DNA of 64,000 nucleotides. It comes from Phycisphaeraceae bacterium (lineage in GTDB: Bacteria; Planctomycetota; Phycisphaerae; Phycisphaerales; SM1A02). This document shows, piece by piece, positions 20,844-29,701 of this stretch. The DNA lies in assembly GCA_015709595.1 (NCBI GenBank), contig CP054178.1, forward strand, positions 1,553,205 to 1,617,204. Direction: 5' to 3'. The position numbers were made by a program, and so were the translations under genes. Numbering within the stretch: the stretch's first letter is position 1; the number at the start of each line of letters is the position of its first letter. The notes beneath the pieces are model-generated. The model was given only the letters and a program-made list of their open reading frames with translations, did not search any database and was not told the DNA's origin.

Positions 20844-22739
20844 ATGCCCGCTTCCGCCGCGACAACCCGCGATTCCTCGACGAAACGGCCTGACGACGCC
20901 GGGGGCGTGTCGCGCGTGGCCTTCGTCTCGCTGGGGTGCCCCAAGAACCTCGTCGATAGCGAGAAGATGCTGGGCACGCTCGCCGAGGCGGGCCTGACGC
21001 TGGTGAGCGAGCAGGACAGCCCCGACGCCATCGTCATCAACACGTGCGGCTTCCTCGAAGCGTCCAAGGAGGAGTCGCTGGGCGTCATCCGCGACGCCAT
21101 CGCACGCAAGGAGCGGGGCGAACTCAAGCGCGTCGTTGTGGCCGGCTGCCTCGTGCAGCGCCACCGCGCCAGGATGCTCGACTGGGCGCCGGGCATCGAC
21201 GCCATGATCGGCGTCTTCGACAGGGATCACGTGGTGGAGGCGGTGGCGGGAGCGGCTGTCGGCCGTCAGCCGTCAGCCGTCAGCCAGGTGGTGGGCCTCG
21301 AAGACTCGGCCCATCCTACCGCCTCAGCGGTCAGCACCGACAACCGACAGCCGACAACCGACAACCACTCAGCACTCAGCACTCAGCACCCAGCACTCCC
21401 ACCCTACTGGATCGCCGCCAACGCGCTGGTCGCGGCGAAGGAGCGCGGCATCAACACGGTCGGGCTGACCGTCAACGGCGCGGACGGCAAGGGCGTGGGG
21501 TACTTCGAGGATGACTCACGACGATTCCGGCTCACGCCGCGCCACTGGGCGTACCTGCGCGTGAGCGAAGGATGCAACCAGCGCTGCGCCTTCTGCACGA
21601 TTCCATCGATCCGCGGCAAGATGCGCAGCAAGCCGATGGACCGCATCATCGCCGAGGCCCGCGCGCTCATGCAGGACGGCGCGTTCGAGATCAACCTGAT
21701 CGGGCAGGACACGACGAGCTACGGGTACGACATCTACGGGAAGGACGCGGGGCCGCCGGCCGTCAGTCCGCAGTCCTCTCCTCTCGCCCACTCCGGCGAC
21801 CTCATCGGCCTGCTGACCGCGCTCAACGACGTGGCGAGCGACTTCGGCGGAGCTTCCGGGGGGTGGATGCGGCTGATGTACGTCTACCCCACGTACTTCA
21901 CCGACGCCATGATCGACGCCATCGCCCGGCTGCCCAACATCGTCAAGTACATCGACATCCCGCTGCAGCACATGTCCGACCCGATGCTGCGCGCCATGCG
22001 CCGCAACATCACCGCGCGGCAGCAGATCGACCTGCTAAACAAACTGCGCGAGCGCATTCCGGGGCTGGCCATCCGCACCACGTTCATCACCGGCTTCCCC
22101 GGCGAGACGGAGGAGGACCATCGCCAGCTCGTCGATTTCATCGGCGAGTTCCAGTTCGACATGCTCGGCGTCTTCAGGTACTCGCGCGAGGACGGCACGC
22201 CCGCCGGCACGATGGACCTCGACCCCGCCCTGCACGTGCCCGACGAGGTGAAGGCCGAGCGAGAGCGCGAAATCATGCTCACGCAGCAGACCATCGCCTT
22301 CGAGAACATGGCGTATCTGGCGGAAGAGCGATGCCAGTTCGACGTGCTGATTGACGGACCGGCGCTGGGCGAGGCGTCGTCCGAGCCGATCGAACCGCGT
22401 CGCTCTCACACCGAGCCGCGATCCCGCCACAGTGAGCCGCGACCGTCAGGAAGCGGTGACTCCTTCGCACCATCGAACCAACCGCTCCCTCACGGTCGCG
22501 GCTCGCTGGAAGGTGCCGAGCACTCGACACGCGAGTCGGGCCAGCTGCACCACCACGTCGGCCGGGCGTACTTCCAGGCGCCGCAGATCGATTCGGTGAC
22601 GCACGTTCAGAGCATTCGTCCGCTTTCACCCGGCGAACTCGTCCGATGCACCATCGTCGATTCGCGGGGCTACGACCTCGTCGCCCGCCCGACGGAAGAC
22701 CTGGAGCGGCGCACCTCGCTGCCCCTGCTGAGGCGTTGA
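20844..22739 (+). CDS. rimO: Ribosomal protein S12 methylthiotransferase RimO, carrying two repeat-derived insertions
   Basis: VAFVSLGCPKNLVDSEKM...INTCGF (MTTase N-domain), radical-SAM CNQRCAFCTIP, and a TRAM-like end GRAYFQAPQIDSV...GELVRCTIV...YDL. Confidence 0.9.
   Translation: MPASAATTRDSSTKRPDDAGGVSRVAFVSLGCPKNLVDSEKMLGTLAEAGLTLVSEQDSPDAIVINTCGFLEASKEESLGVIRDAIARKERGELKRVVVAGCLVQRHRARMLDWAPGIDAMIGVFDRDHVVEAVAGAAVGRQPSAVSQVVGLEDSAHPTASAVSTDNRQPTTDNHSALSTQHPALPPYWIAANALVAAKERGINTVGLTVNGADGKGVGYFEDDSRRFRLTPRHWAYLRVSEGCNQRCAFCTIPSIRGKMRSKPMDRIIAEARALMQDGAFEINLIGQDTTSYGYDIYGKDAGPPAVSPQSSPLAHSGDLIGLLTALNDVASDFGGASGGWMRLMYVYPTYFTDAMIDAIARLPNIVKYIDIPLQHMSDPMLRAMRRNITARQQIDLLNKLRERIPGLAIRTTFITGFPGETEEDHRQLVDFIGEFQFDMLGVFRYSREDGTPAGTMDLDPALHVPDEVKAEREREIMLTQQTIAFENMAYLAEERCQFDVLIDGPALGEASSEPIEPRRSHTEPRSRHSEPRPSGSGDSFAPSNQPLPHGRGSLEGAEHSTRESGQLHHHVGRAYFQAPQIDSVTHVQSIRPLSPGELVRCTIVDSRGYDLVARPTEDLERRTSLPLLRR
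21263..21393. repeat. Three heptanucleotide tandem arrays inside rimO: (CCGTCAG)x3, (CCGACAR)x4, (CACYCAG)x4
   Basis: Read directly: 21263-21283, 21337-21364 and 21366-21393. They translate as SAVSRQPSAVSQ ... TDNRQPTTDNH ... SALSTQHPAL. Confidence 0.85.
22434..22504. repeat. Inverted pair of REP-A elements inside rimO (24-nt arms, 22/24 complementary, 23-nt spacer)
   Basis: GAGCCGCGACCGTCAGGAAGCGGT (22434-22457) faces ACCGCTCCCTCACGGTCGCGGCTC (22481-22504). The same 23-mer recurs elsewhere in the window. Confidence 0.85.
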
Positions 22740-22847
22740 TGCGGGAACGGACTTGCCGAGGAGGTGGCGAATGAGGACAATTAGTTGTCGGCGCCCGGTG
22801 ATCGGCCCGTGAAACCCGGCACATCGAACTTTCTCCGGAGCATCCCC

Positions 22848-23513
22848 ATGCGTTCCACCACCATCATGCTGACCGCGTGTCTGCTTTCCCCCGTCGCGCT
22901 GGTTCCGGCGGGATGCGAGAGCCAGCCGCAGGCGCAGCCCGCCGCCCTGGGCGGACCTCTCTACTTCGATCCAACGGAGAAGTACGAACTGGGCGAGTGG
23001 TGGAGCAACGGCGAGCTGCTGCTGCGCATGCGGCGCAACGCCGCGTACGAACTCTACGCCGAGAACAACCGGTACCGCACGCCCGTCGAGCGCGGGCGGT
23101 GGACGCAGCGCAACTACGCCGCCCTGGAGTTCGAGCCGTATGAGCGGGCGGGTTCCCCCGTCGAGCGCGTGATCATCGACAAGGTCGGTCCCGGCGAATA
23201 CGTGCTGCTGCTGCGCAACCTCAAGCCCTTCGCGAGCATCGCCAGCCCGCCCAATGTGCTGGAGGATCAACTGCTCGGCCAGTGGGTGAGCGACGAGCAC
23301 GCCATCATGCTGCGCACGGACGGCAGCTACCGATACGACCGTCGCGGCAGCATTCCCGCGGGCCAGGCGGCGCTGGCCGGTCACGAGGGTGCGTGGGAAG
23401 TGCGCGGCGACACGCTGACGCTGCAACCCGCCGCCGCGGGACTGACGCCGCTGACCTTCAAGGTGGTGACGCAGGACAACGTGCTCACGCCGCAGGGAAT
23501 GAGACGGCCGTGA
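22848..23513 (+). CDS. Lipoprotein, hypothetical
   Basis: MRSTTIMLTACLLSPVALVPAGC is a lipobox-type signal peptide. The rest has no recognisable family. Confidence 0.55.
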   Translation: MRSTTIMLTACLLSPVALVPAGCESQPQAQPAALGGPLYFDPTEKYELGEWWSNGELLLRMRRNAAYELYAENNRYRTPVERGRWTQRNYAALEFEPYERAGSPVERVIIDKVGPGEYVLLLRNLKPFASIASPPNVLEDQLLGQWVSDEHAIMLRTDGSYRYDRRGSIPAGQAALAGHEGAWEVRGDTLTLQPAAAGLTPLTFKVVTQDNVLTPQGMRRP

Positions 23514-23550
23514 GGACGGCGCGGGTGGCGCGGGCGCCACGCCTGCGATC

Positions 23551-24087
23551 GTGGCGAGGCGCCTCCCGGGGTTGACCAGGCGCGTCCCCGCCGAACAGGA
23601 GACGCCTGTGCCCCGCTGGATGTGGTTCAATCACGTGCCCGAAGGCATCGACCTGTCGCCCGACCAGGTGGCGCGGGTGAAGCGGCTGGTGCGCGACATG
23701 GGGCCGGGGCGGAAGCGGTACTCCAACATGTCCCGCCGCATGGTGGTGCGTCTCGTGCCGGGGATGCTGGCCATCACCGGGCTGTTTCTGTGGTGGATGC
23801 TGTGGTTCGTGGGGTCGATTCCGCCTGGCGGCACGGCGGCGGCGCTGCTGGTGGCGGGCATCCTGGGCTACAACCTGCTGCTGTGGGTGGTGATCGCATG
23901 GTCGATCAACCGGGCGGTGGCCCCGCTGGTGTGGCGGGCGCTCAACCGCATCGGCATCCGCGTGTGCGAGGGGTGCGGGTACATCCTGCAGAACCTGCCC
24001 GAGGCGACCCCGCGCTGCCCGGAATGCGGTGAAGGGTGGGAGCCGCCCCCTGGGCCGGATGCGCCGCTCACGATGCAGAGTCCTTGA
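23551..24087 (+). CDS. Membrane protein with C-terminal zinc-ribbon (CxxC...CxxC)
   Basis: Two or three hydrophobic helices, then CEGCGYILQNLPEATPRCPECG. Confidence 0.5.
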   Translation: MARRLPGLTRRVPAEQETPVPRWMWFNHVPEGIDLSPDQVARVKRLVRDMGPGRKRYSNMSRRMVVRLVPGMLAITGLFLWWMLWFVGSIPPGGTAAALLVAGILGYNLLLWVVIAWSINRAVAPLVWRALNRIGIRVCEGCGYILQNLPEATPRCPECGEGWEPPPGPDAPLTMQSP

Positions 24088-24204
24088 CGTCAGGACACGC
24101 GCCGGGGTGTTGTTCATGCGGCGGACCGGTCGCCCGGGAGCCGGCCGCGGACAGCCGACCCGATCGCGGGACTTGGGCAGGCCCCCCGCTAGAATGGCGG
24201 TCCC

Positions 24205-26013
24205 GTGCCTATCCGCAACTTTTCCATCATCGCCCACATCGACCACGGCAAGAGCACGCTCGCCGATCGCCTGCTGCAGGCCACCCACGCCGTCTCCGAG
24301 CGCGAGGCCAAGGAGCAGCTGCTCGACGACATGGACCTGGAGCGTGAGCGAGGCATCACCATCAAGGCCTCGGCGGTCACCGTCCATCATCAATACAAGG
24401 GTGAGGACTACGAACTCAACTTCATCGACACGCCCGGCCACGTGGACTTCACGTACGAGGTATCGCGGGCGCTGACCGCGTGCGAGGGCGCGCTGCTGGT
24501 GGTCGATTCCACCCAGGGCGTCGAGGCCCAGACCGTCGCCAACGCCTACCTGGCCATCAACAACAACCTCGAGCTCATCCCGGTCGTCAACAAGATCGAC
24601 CTGCCTCACGCCCGGCCCGAGGAGGTGGCGCTGGAGATCGAGCACGTGCTGGGGCTTTCGGCGGAGTCCTGCATCTTCTGCTCCGCCAAGACGGGCGAGG
24701 GCATCGAGGAGCTGCTCAACGCCATCTGCGAGCGTCTTCCCCCGCCGCGCCCGCCCGAGATGGACCGCACCCGCGCGCTCATCTTCGACAGTCACTACGA
24801 CGATTACCGCGGCGTCATCGTCTACTTCCGTCTGTTCGACGGCTCGCTGAAGGTGGGCGATCGCATCCGCATGATGGGGACGGGCCGGTGCTTCACCATC
24901 AGCGAACTGGGGCGCTACACGCCGCACCCGATCAAGGTGAAGGAGCTGGGGCCGGCGCAGGTCGGCTACATGGTCGCCGCCATCCGCACGCTCGAGGACG
25001 TGCGTGTGGGCGACACCATCACGCTCGACGCCAACCCCGCGCCGGCTCCGCTGCCCGGCTACGAAGAGCCCAAGCAGATGGTGTTCTGCGATTTCTACCC
25101 GGCCACGAGCGGCGTGGAGACCGGCAAGAAGGGCGACTACGAGACGCTGCGCGAGGCCATCAACAAGCTGCACCTCAACGACGCCTCTTTCACCTTCGAG
25201 CCCACGCATTCCGACGCGCTGGGCTTCGGCTTCCGCTGCGGGTTCCTCGGCCTGCTCCACATGGACATCATCCAGGAGCGCCTGGAGCGCGAGGGCGGCG
25301 TGGAGATCGTGCAGACCGCGCCCACCGTGTCGTACCAGGTGGCGCTCAACGGCGGCGAGGTCATCGAGATTCACAATCCCGCCGATCTGCCCGACCCTTC
25401 CAAGGTCATGGAGATCCGCGAGCCGATCGTCAAGGTCGAGATCATCTGCCCCAGCGAGAACATCGGCGACCTGATGAAGCTCTGCGACTCGCGCCGCGGG
25501 GTCTTCAAGGGCCAGAAGTTCGTCTCCGAGACGCGCGTCATCCTCGACTACGAACTGCCGCTCGCCGAGATCATCTACGACTTCTACGACAAGCTCAAGT
25601 CCATCACCCGCGGCTACGGCACGATGGATTACGAAGTGGTGCGATACCAGCCGGACCGGCTGGCCAAGGTGGACATCCTGGTCAACGGCACGCCGGTGGA
25701 GGCCCTGTCCCTCATCTGCCACCGCGATAACGCCGAGTTCCGCAGCCGCCACATCCTCACCAAGCTCAAGCAGCAGATCGACCGACACCAGTTCGAGATT
25801 CCGCTCCAGGCGGCCATCGGCGGCAAGGTCATCGCCCGCGAGACCATCAAGGCCGTGCGCAAGAACGTCACCGCCAAGTGCTACGGCGGCGACGTGAGCC
25901 GCAAGCGCAAACTGCTCGAAAAGCAGAAGGAAGGCAAGAAGCGCATGAAGTCGGTGGGGTCGGTCAATATCCCGCAGGAGGCCTTCCTGGCGGTGCTGGA
26001 CCAGGGGGAGTAG
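24205..26013 (+). CDS. lepA: Elongation factor 4 (LepA)
   Basis: [35 protein letters not shown] and the conserved LepA C-terminus ...[25 protein letters not shown]. Confidence 0.97.
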   Translation: MPIRNFSIIAHIDHGKSTLADRLLQATHAVSEREAKEQLLDDMDLERERGITIKASAVTVHHQYKGEDYELNFIDTPGHVDFTYEVSRALTACEGALLVVDSTQGVEAQTVANAYLAINNNLELIPVVNKIDLPHARPEEVALEIEHVLGLSAESCIFCSAKTGEGIEELLNAICERLPPPRPPEMDRTRALIFDSHYDDYRGVIVYFRLFDGSLKVGDRIRMMGTGRCFTISELGRYTPHPIKVKELGPAQVGYMVAAIRTLEDVRVGDTITLDANPAPAPLPGYEEPKQMVFCDFYPATSGVETGKKGDYETLREAINKLHLNDASFTFEPTHSDALGFGFRCGFLGLLHMDIIQERLEREGGVEIVQTAPTVSYQVALNGGEVIEIHNPADLPDPSKVMEIREPIVKVEIICPSENIGDLMKLCDSRRGVFKGQKFVSETRVILDYELPLAEIIYDFYDKLKSITRGYGTMDYEVVRYQPDRLAKVDILVNGTPVEALSLICHRDNAEFRSRHILTKLKQQIDRHQFEIPLQAAIGGKVIARETIKAVRKNVTAKCYGGDVSRKRKLLEKQKEGKKRMKSVGSVNIPQEAFLAVLDQGE

Positions 26014-26028
26014 GCGCTGCCGCCTGTT

Positions 26029-26059
26029 TCTCCCTCTGGGAGAGGGCTGGGGTGAGGGT
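26029..26059. repeat. REP-B element (TCTCCCTCTGGGAGAGGGCTGGGGTGAGGGT)
   Basis: Short hairpin CCCTCT/AGAGGG followed by a GGGGTGAGGG box, 16 nt after the lepA stop. Related copies lie at 28810 and 43381. Confidence 0.7.
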
Positions 26060-26180
26060 CTCTGCAGTGTTCAGTCGTGGAACGCAGGGCTCCCCGATGG
26101 TGTCCTTCCGGTACATAGAATCGTCTCACACCCGCCGCGGGCACGCCACGTCGGTACGCCCCGGCGACAAGGAAACCGCC

Positions 26181-26909
26181 ATGCGCTCCCGTGAACGCCT
26201 CGTCCTGCTCACCCTGCTCGGTCTGACGGTGGGCGTCAACCTGTTCACCCTGCTCGGTCGCACCGGCAGCCCCGCGGTCGCCTCCAACGGGGGCTTCCGG
26301 CTGGATGACCTGGGGCCCGCTGATCGCCTTCTCCTGCGGGGCGAGCGGGAACTCGCCGTGCGCAACGCCGACGGCCGCATGGCGTGGTCGGACAACGAGC
26401 ACGGCCGGGCGTACTCGATGGCCTTCGTCGATGTCAACGACGTGCTGGTGAAGCTCATGGAGACCGACGGGTACAAGAACGACCGCGAGAAACTCACCGA
26501 GACGGTGCAGGCCGAGGAAAAGGAGTGGCTGGCCAAGCGCGATGCGCTGCAGGGCAAGTACGGAAACATCACGCCCGATGACCCGCGCATGGAGCAGGCC
26601 CGCGCCGAGTTCGGCGCCTGGCAGGCGGGCGTGCAGCAGTGGCAGCAGGACGCCCAGAACCGCGTCAACACCATGGCCATCGAGCAGCTCAAGAAGGCCT
26701 ACGCCGAAATCGTCACCGCCGTGGACGTGGTCGCCGACAAGCGCGGCATCGATATCGTCTTCCGCTTCACGCCGGGCGATGAGCCGCTGACCGAAGGCAT
26801 CAGTGGGCAGACGATGCTCGACATCCGGCTCCGCCCGGTGGTCCGCGCTCCCAAGGGGCTGGACATCACGGTCGATGTGCTGGAGGAAATGTCACTGCCG
26901 GTGGAGTGA
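26181..26909 (+). CDS. Periplasmic OmpH/Skp-like protein, hypothetical
   Basis: Signal/anchor MRSRERLVLLTLLGLTVGVNLF. The long helical middle (EKLTETVQAEEKEWLAKRDALQGKY...QQWQQDAQNRVNTMAIEQLKKAY) and the end ADKRGIDIVF resemble Skp-family proteins. Confidence 0.45.
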   Translation: MRSRERLVLLTLLGLTVGVNLFTLLGRTGSPAVASNGGFRLDDLGPADRLLLRGERELAVRNADGRMAWSDNEHGRAYSMAFVDVNDVLVKLMETDGYKNDREKLTETVQAEEKEWLAKRDALQGKYGNITPDDPRMEQARAEFGAWQAGVQQWQQDAQNRVNTMAIEQLKKAYAEIVTAVDVVADKRGIDIVFRFTPGDEPLTEGISGQTMLDIRLRPVVRAPKGLDITVDVLEEMSLPVE

Positions 26910-26959
26910 TGGGTTCAATCCTTTCAGTCCACCGACGAACTTGGATGAAGCGGGATCAT

Positions 26960-27023
26960 CCGGGTGGCGCAGGCGCGAGCGCCACAGGCGTCCGTGGCCA
27001 AGGCGTCCCACCTGTGATCCTTC
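26960..27023. repeat. REP-C element, long variant, upstream of glbO
   Basis: CCGGGTGGCGCAGGCG...GGCGTCCCACCTGTGATCCTTC shares both ends with the copy at 27585-27617. Confidence 0.65.
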
Positions 27024-27087
27024 CTGTACGCTCAGCTTCACTCCGCGCCGTCGTCGCCACGTGTCTCGAACCTCATTCACTTCATCG

Positions 27088-27543
27088 GTGCTCATCCGTG
27101 GACCACTCCTGAATCAAGCCGTGGACCTGACGCAACCCCAGCCCCAGTCGAGTCACCCCTTCAGCGCGACGAACACGCCGTTCGACTCGCTTGGCGGCAT
27201 CGACCGCGTGCGCAACCTGGTGGACACGTTCTACGACCACATGGACCGCGACCCCGCCTTCGCGGGCATTCGCGCCCTGCACAAGCCCGACCTGAGCGAA
27301 GCCCGCGACAAACTCTTCATGTTTCTGTGCGGCTGGATGGGCGGGCCGCAACTCTACGTGGAGCGCTTCGGCCACCCGCGCCTGCGGGCGCGCCACGCGC
27401 CGTTCCCCATCGGCGAATCGGAACGCGACCAGTGGCTGGCGTGCATGGCGAAGGCCATGAATGACTGCCGCGTCGAGGGCCCGCTGCGCGCGTTCCTGGA
27501 TGCCCGCTTCGGCCACGTGGCGGAGTTCATGCGGAATCGGTGA
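27088..27543 (+). CDS. glbO: Group II truncated hemoglobin (GlbO-like)
   Basis: FDSLGGIDRVRNLVDTFYDHM...FMFLCGWMGGPQLY...GHPRLRARHAPFPIGESERDQWLACM is classic trHbO sequence. There is no in-frame ATG near the N-terminus, so GTG at 27088 or 27121 is assumed. Confidence 0.75.
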   Translation: MLIRGPLLNQAVDLTQPQPQSSHPFSATNTPFDSLGGIDRVRNLVDTFYDHMDRDPAFAGIRALHKPDLSEARDKLFMFLCGWMGGPQLYVERFGHPRLRARHAPFPIGESERDQWLACMAKAMNDCRVEGPLRAFLDARFGHVAEFMRNR

Positions 27544-27584
27544 ATGGTTGCTGCTTCGGTGGCACACGCGAACATTCCGCCACT

Positions 27585-27617
27585 CCGGTGGCGCAGGCGT
27601 CCCGCCTGCGATCCTTC
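27585..27617. repeat. REP-C element (CCGGTGGCGCAGGCGTCCCGCCTGCGATCCTTC) downstream of glbO
   Basis: Contains the hairpin GCAGGCG-TCC-CGCCTGC. Same orientation as the 26960 copy. Confidence 0.7.
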
Positions 27618-27993
27618 TCGTTCACTTGGCCGCGTCACCAGCACCGGCTACCCTCACCGCGTCGCCATTCCCTCAACCAGGAGGTGCGTGTATGTCCGCC
27701 ATCACCCTTGTCACCGTCGGCCCCCGTCGCCGCGACGCTCGGGCTTGATGCGCACGCACGCCTTGGCTTGGCTCTGACCCCCCGGAACTTCGGAGACTCC
27801 GAAGCCGGGAACTTCAGGGCAGCGCAGAAGAACTCCGTGACGCACCACCCGCGCCGCACGCACCCGATTCGGGCGCGTGCCGCATGTCGTGCGACGCGTG
27901 GGCCGAACGCTCACACCGTTCACCCCCCCACGTCCGCCCACGCAATGCTGCCGCGCGCTCTCGCGGCGCCCGGCACGCACGGAGCCACACGCC

Positions 27994-29124
27994 ATGCACG
28001 GCGATTCCACGTTTCACGAAGCCCTCTCCGACCTGTTCGACGGGGGCTGGATCGATGAGGTGCTGTACGAAGTCAGGAGCGGCAAGGAGGCGACGGTCTT
28101 CTGCTGCCGCGCCGGCGCTCGATCACTGGAGCGCCTTTCGGAGTTCTCGACGCCCCATTCCACCGCCCCTCGGCTCTCAGCCGACATCCTCCTCGCCGCC
28201 AAGGTCTACCGCGACCTTGAATCCCGCCGCTTCAAGAACGACGCCATCTACCAGACCGGCCGCGTCCACCTCGCCCGCGAGGGCCGCGTCAAACGCGCGG
28301 CGGACAACAAGTCGCACTTCGGCCGCCAGGTGCAGTACGGCATGTGGATCGAGCACGAGTGGGAAACGCTGAGGGTGCTGCACGAGGCCGGGCTGCCCGT
28401 GCCCGCCCCCATCGCGCGGGGCGAGCGGGCCATCCTGATGACCTACTTGGGCGACGCCGACGGCCCCGCGCCGGCCCTGGCCGAGATCGACCTGCCCCGC
28501 GACCAGGCGTGGGACACCTTTGACCACCTGCTCGACGCCGTGTTCGCCATGCTCTCGCTCGACCGCGTGCACGGCGACCTGTCGGCGTACAACATCCTGT
28601 GGTGGCCCACCGGAGGAGCGGAGAGTGCGAAGGGCGCGGGGGGTGCCGGGGAGCGCGGACGTGCCGTCCGCGCGGGTGAGGTGGACCCAAGGAGCGAGCG
28701 CGGACGTTCCGTTCGCGCGGGTGAGGTGGACCCAAGGAGCGAGCGCGGACGTTCCGTCCGCGCGGGTGAGGTAGGCGCCGGGAAAACCAAGGCGGGAATC
28801 TCTGAACAACTCCCTCTCCCACCGGGAGAGGGTCGGGGTGAGGGCGTTCCTCGGCCGGAAACGACGCTCATGAGGCATTCTATCGATGCACGGCAGGATT
28901 GTTCGGAGGTCCCATTGGCGCACCGGGCGACGATCATCGACTTCCCGCAGGCGATCGACCCGCGGCTCAACCCCGCCGCCCGCACGCTGCTGGCCCGGGA
29001 TGTCGCCAACCTCTGCCGCTGGGCGGCGAAGCAGGGCGTACCCGCCGCCGCCTGCGACGGCGCCGCGGCGGAGCGGATCACACGGACGATGTGGGGGCGG
29101 TTTCGGGTGGGGGAGGTGGGGTAG
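27994..29124 (+). CDS. RIO1-type atypical protein kinase with a repeat-derived insertion in the catalytic core
   Basis: EVRSGKEATVFCC, LAAKVYR, catalytic HGDLSAYNILWW and metal-binding IIDFPQAID. About 95 aa of repeat-encoded sequence lies between the last two motifs. Confidence 0.8.
   Translation: MHGDSTFHEALSDLFDGGWIDEVLYEVRSGKEATVFCCRAGARSLERLSEFSTPHSTAPRLSADILLAAKVYRDLESRRFKNDAIYQTGRVHLAREGRVKRAADNKSHFGRQVQYGMWIEHEWETLRVLHEAGLPVPAPIARGERAILMTYLGDADGPAPALAEIDLPRDQAWDTFDHLLDAVFAMLSLDRVHGDLSAYNILWWPTGGAESAKGAGGAGERGRAVRAGEVDPRSERGRSVRAGEVDPRSERGRSVRAGEVGAGKTKAGISEQLPLPPGEGRGEGVPRPETTLMRHSIDARQDCSEVPLAHRATIIDFPQAIDPRLNPAARTLLARDVANLCRWAAKQGVPAAACDGAAAERITRTMWGRFRVGEVG
28651..28772. repeat. 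45-bp tandem repeat x2.7, each unit holding a 9-bp-stem hairpin (GCGCGGACG-TTC-CGTCCGCGC)
   Basis: Units at 28651-28695, 28696-28740 and 28741-28772. In frame they give ERGRAVRAGEVDPRS x3 inside the RIO kinase ORF. Confidence 0.9.
28810..28846. repeat. REP-B element (CTCCCTCTCCCACCGGGAGAGGGTCGGGGTGAGGGCG) inside the RIO kinase ORF
   Basis: 9-bp perfect stem CCCTCTCCC / GGGAGAGGG with loop ACC. Translates as LPLPPGEGRGEGV. Confidence 0.8.
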
Positions 29125-29701
29125 GGTGACGCGAACTCGTGACACAGACGGGTTATGCTACGAGCGGGTCAGCCCGCGACCTCGTCGCGGCGCTCGGCGG
29201 GCGACATGGCTTCGGGATCGTCGTGATCGAGGCGCAACGACATCGCGGACTCCTTTCCGGAGCGTGGATAGGCGACCGTCCGTGGTCGGTCGATCGTGCT
29301 CGGGTTCGTTGCGGCTGTTAACCGCAGCCGCCTACTGGATACCTACGCGATGGCGAGGCGGAGTTGCGGAGCAGCAGATCAGTGCCAGCGCAGAAACTGA
29401 TCGGCAGGGGGCGGAACTGTGGTGACATTCAGATGCGAATCTAGCAGTGGGAGCAGCACCGATGGTGCTGATGCGAACTGCCAACCGTTCGGGATTGGTG
29501 CCAGAGTGAAGGATGGTCACTACTCCGCGATCCTCCCGACGGCCACGGGCCTCAAGACAACCACCTCACATGTCAGGCGAGATCCCGATCACTGGTGCGA
29601 CTGTAGCCGCACACCAGAGGCGACGAAGCGACAGCGCGCTCGCGAGCCGCATGCGGCATCGCAAACAGCGATCGCGGATCAGTAGCGAACGAGGGCCACG
29701 A

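Noticed and set aside
23485-25788. 767-aa minus-strand ORF opposite lepA
   Set aside because: Antisense to lepA, and no recognisable domain.
27692-27748. 18-codon ORF (MSAITLVTVGPRRRDARA) with AGGAGG 8 nt upstream, in the glbO-RIO spacer
   Set aside because: It is too short, the peptide has no recognisable features, and the SD-like motif could be chance. It cannot be supported without ribosome profiling or conservation data.
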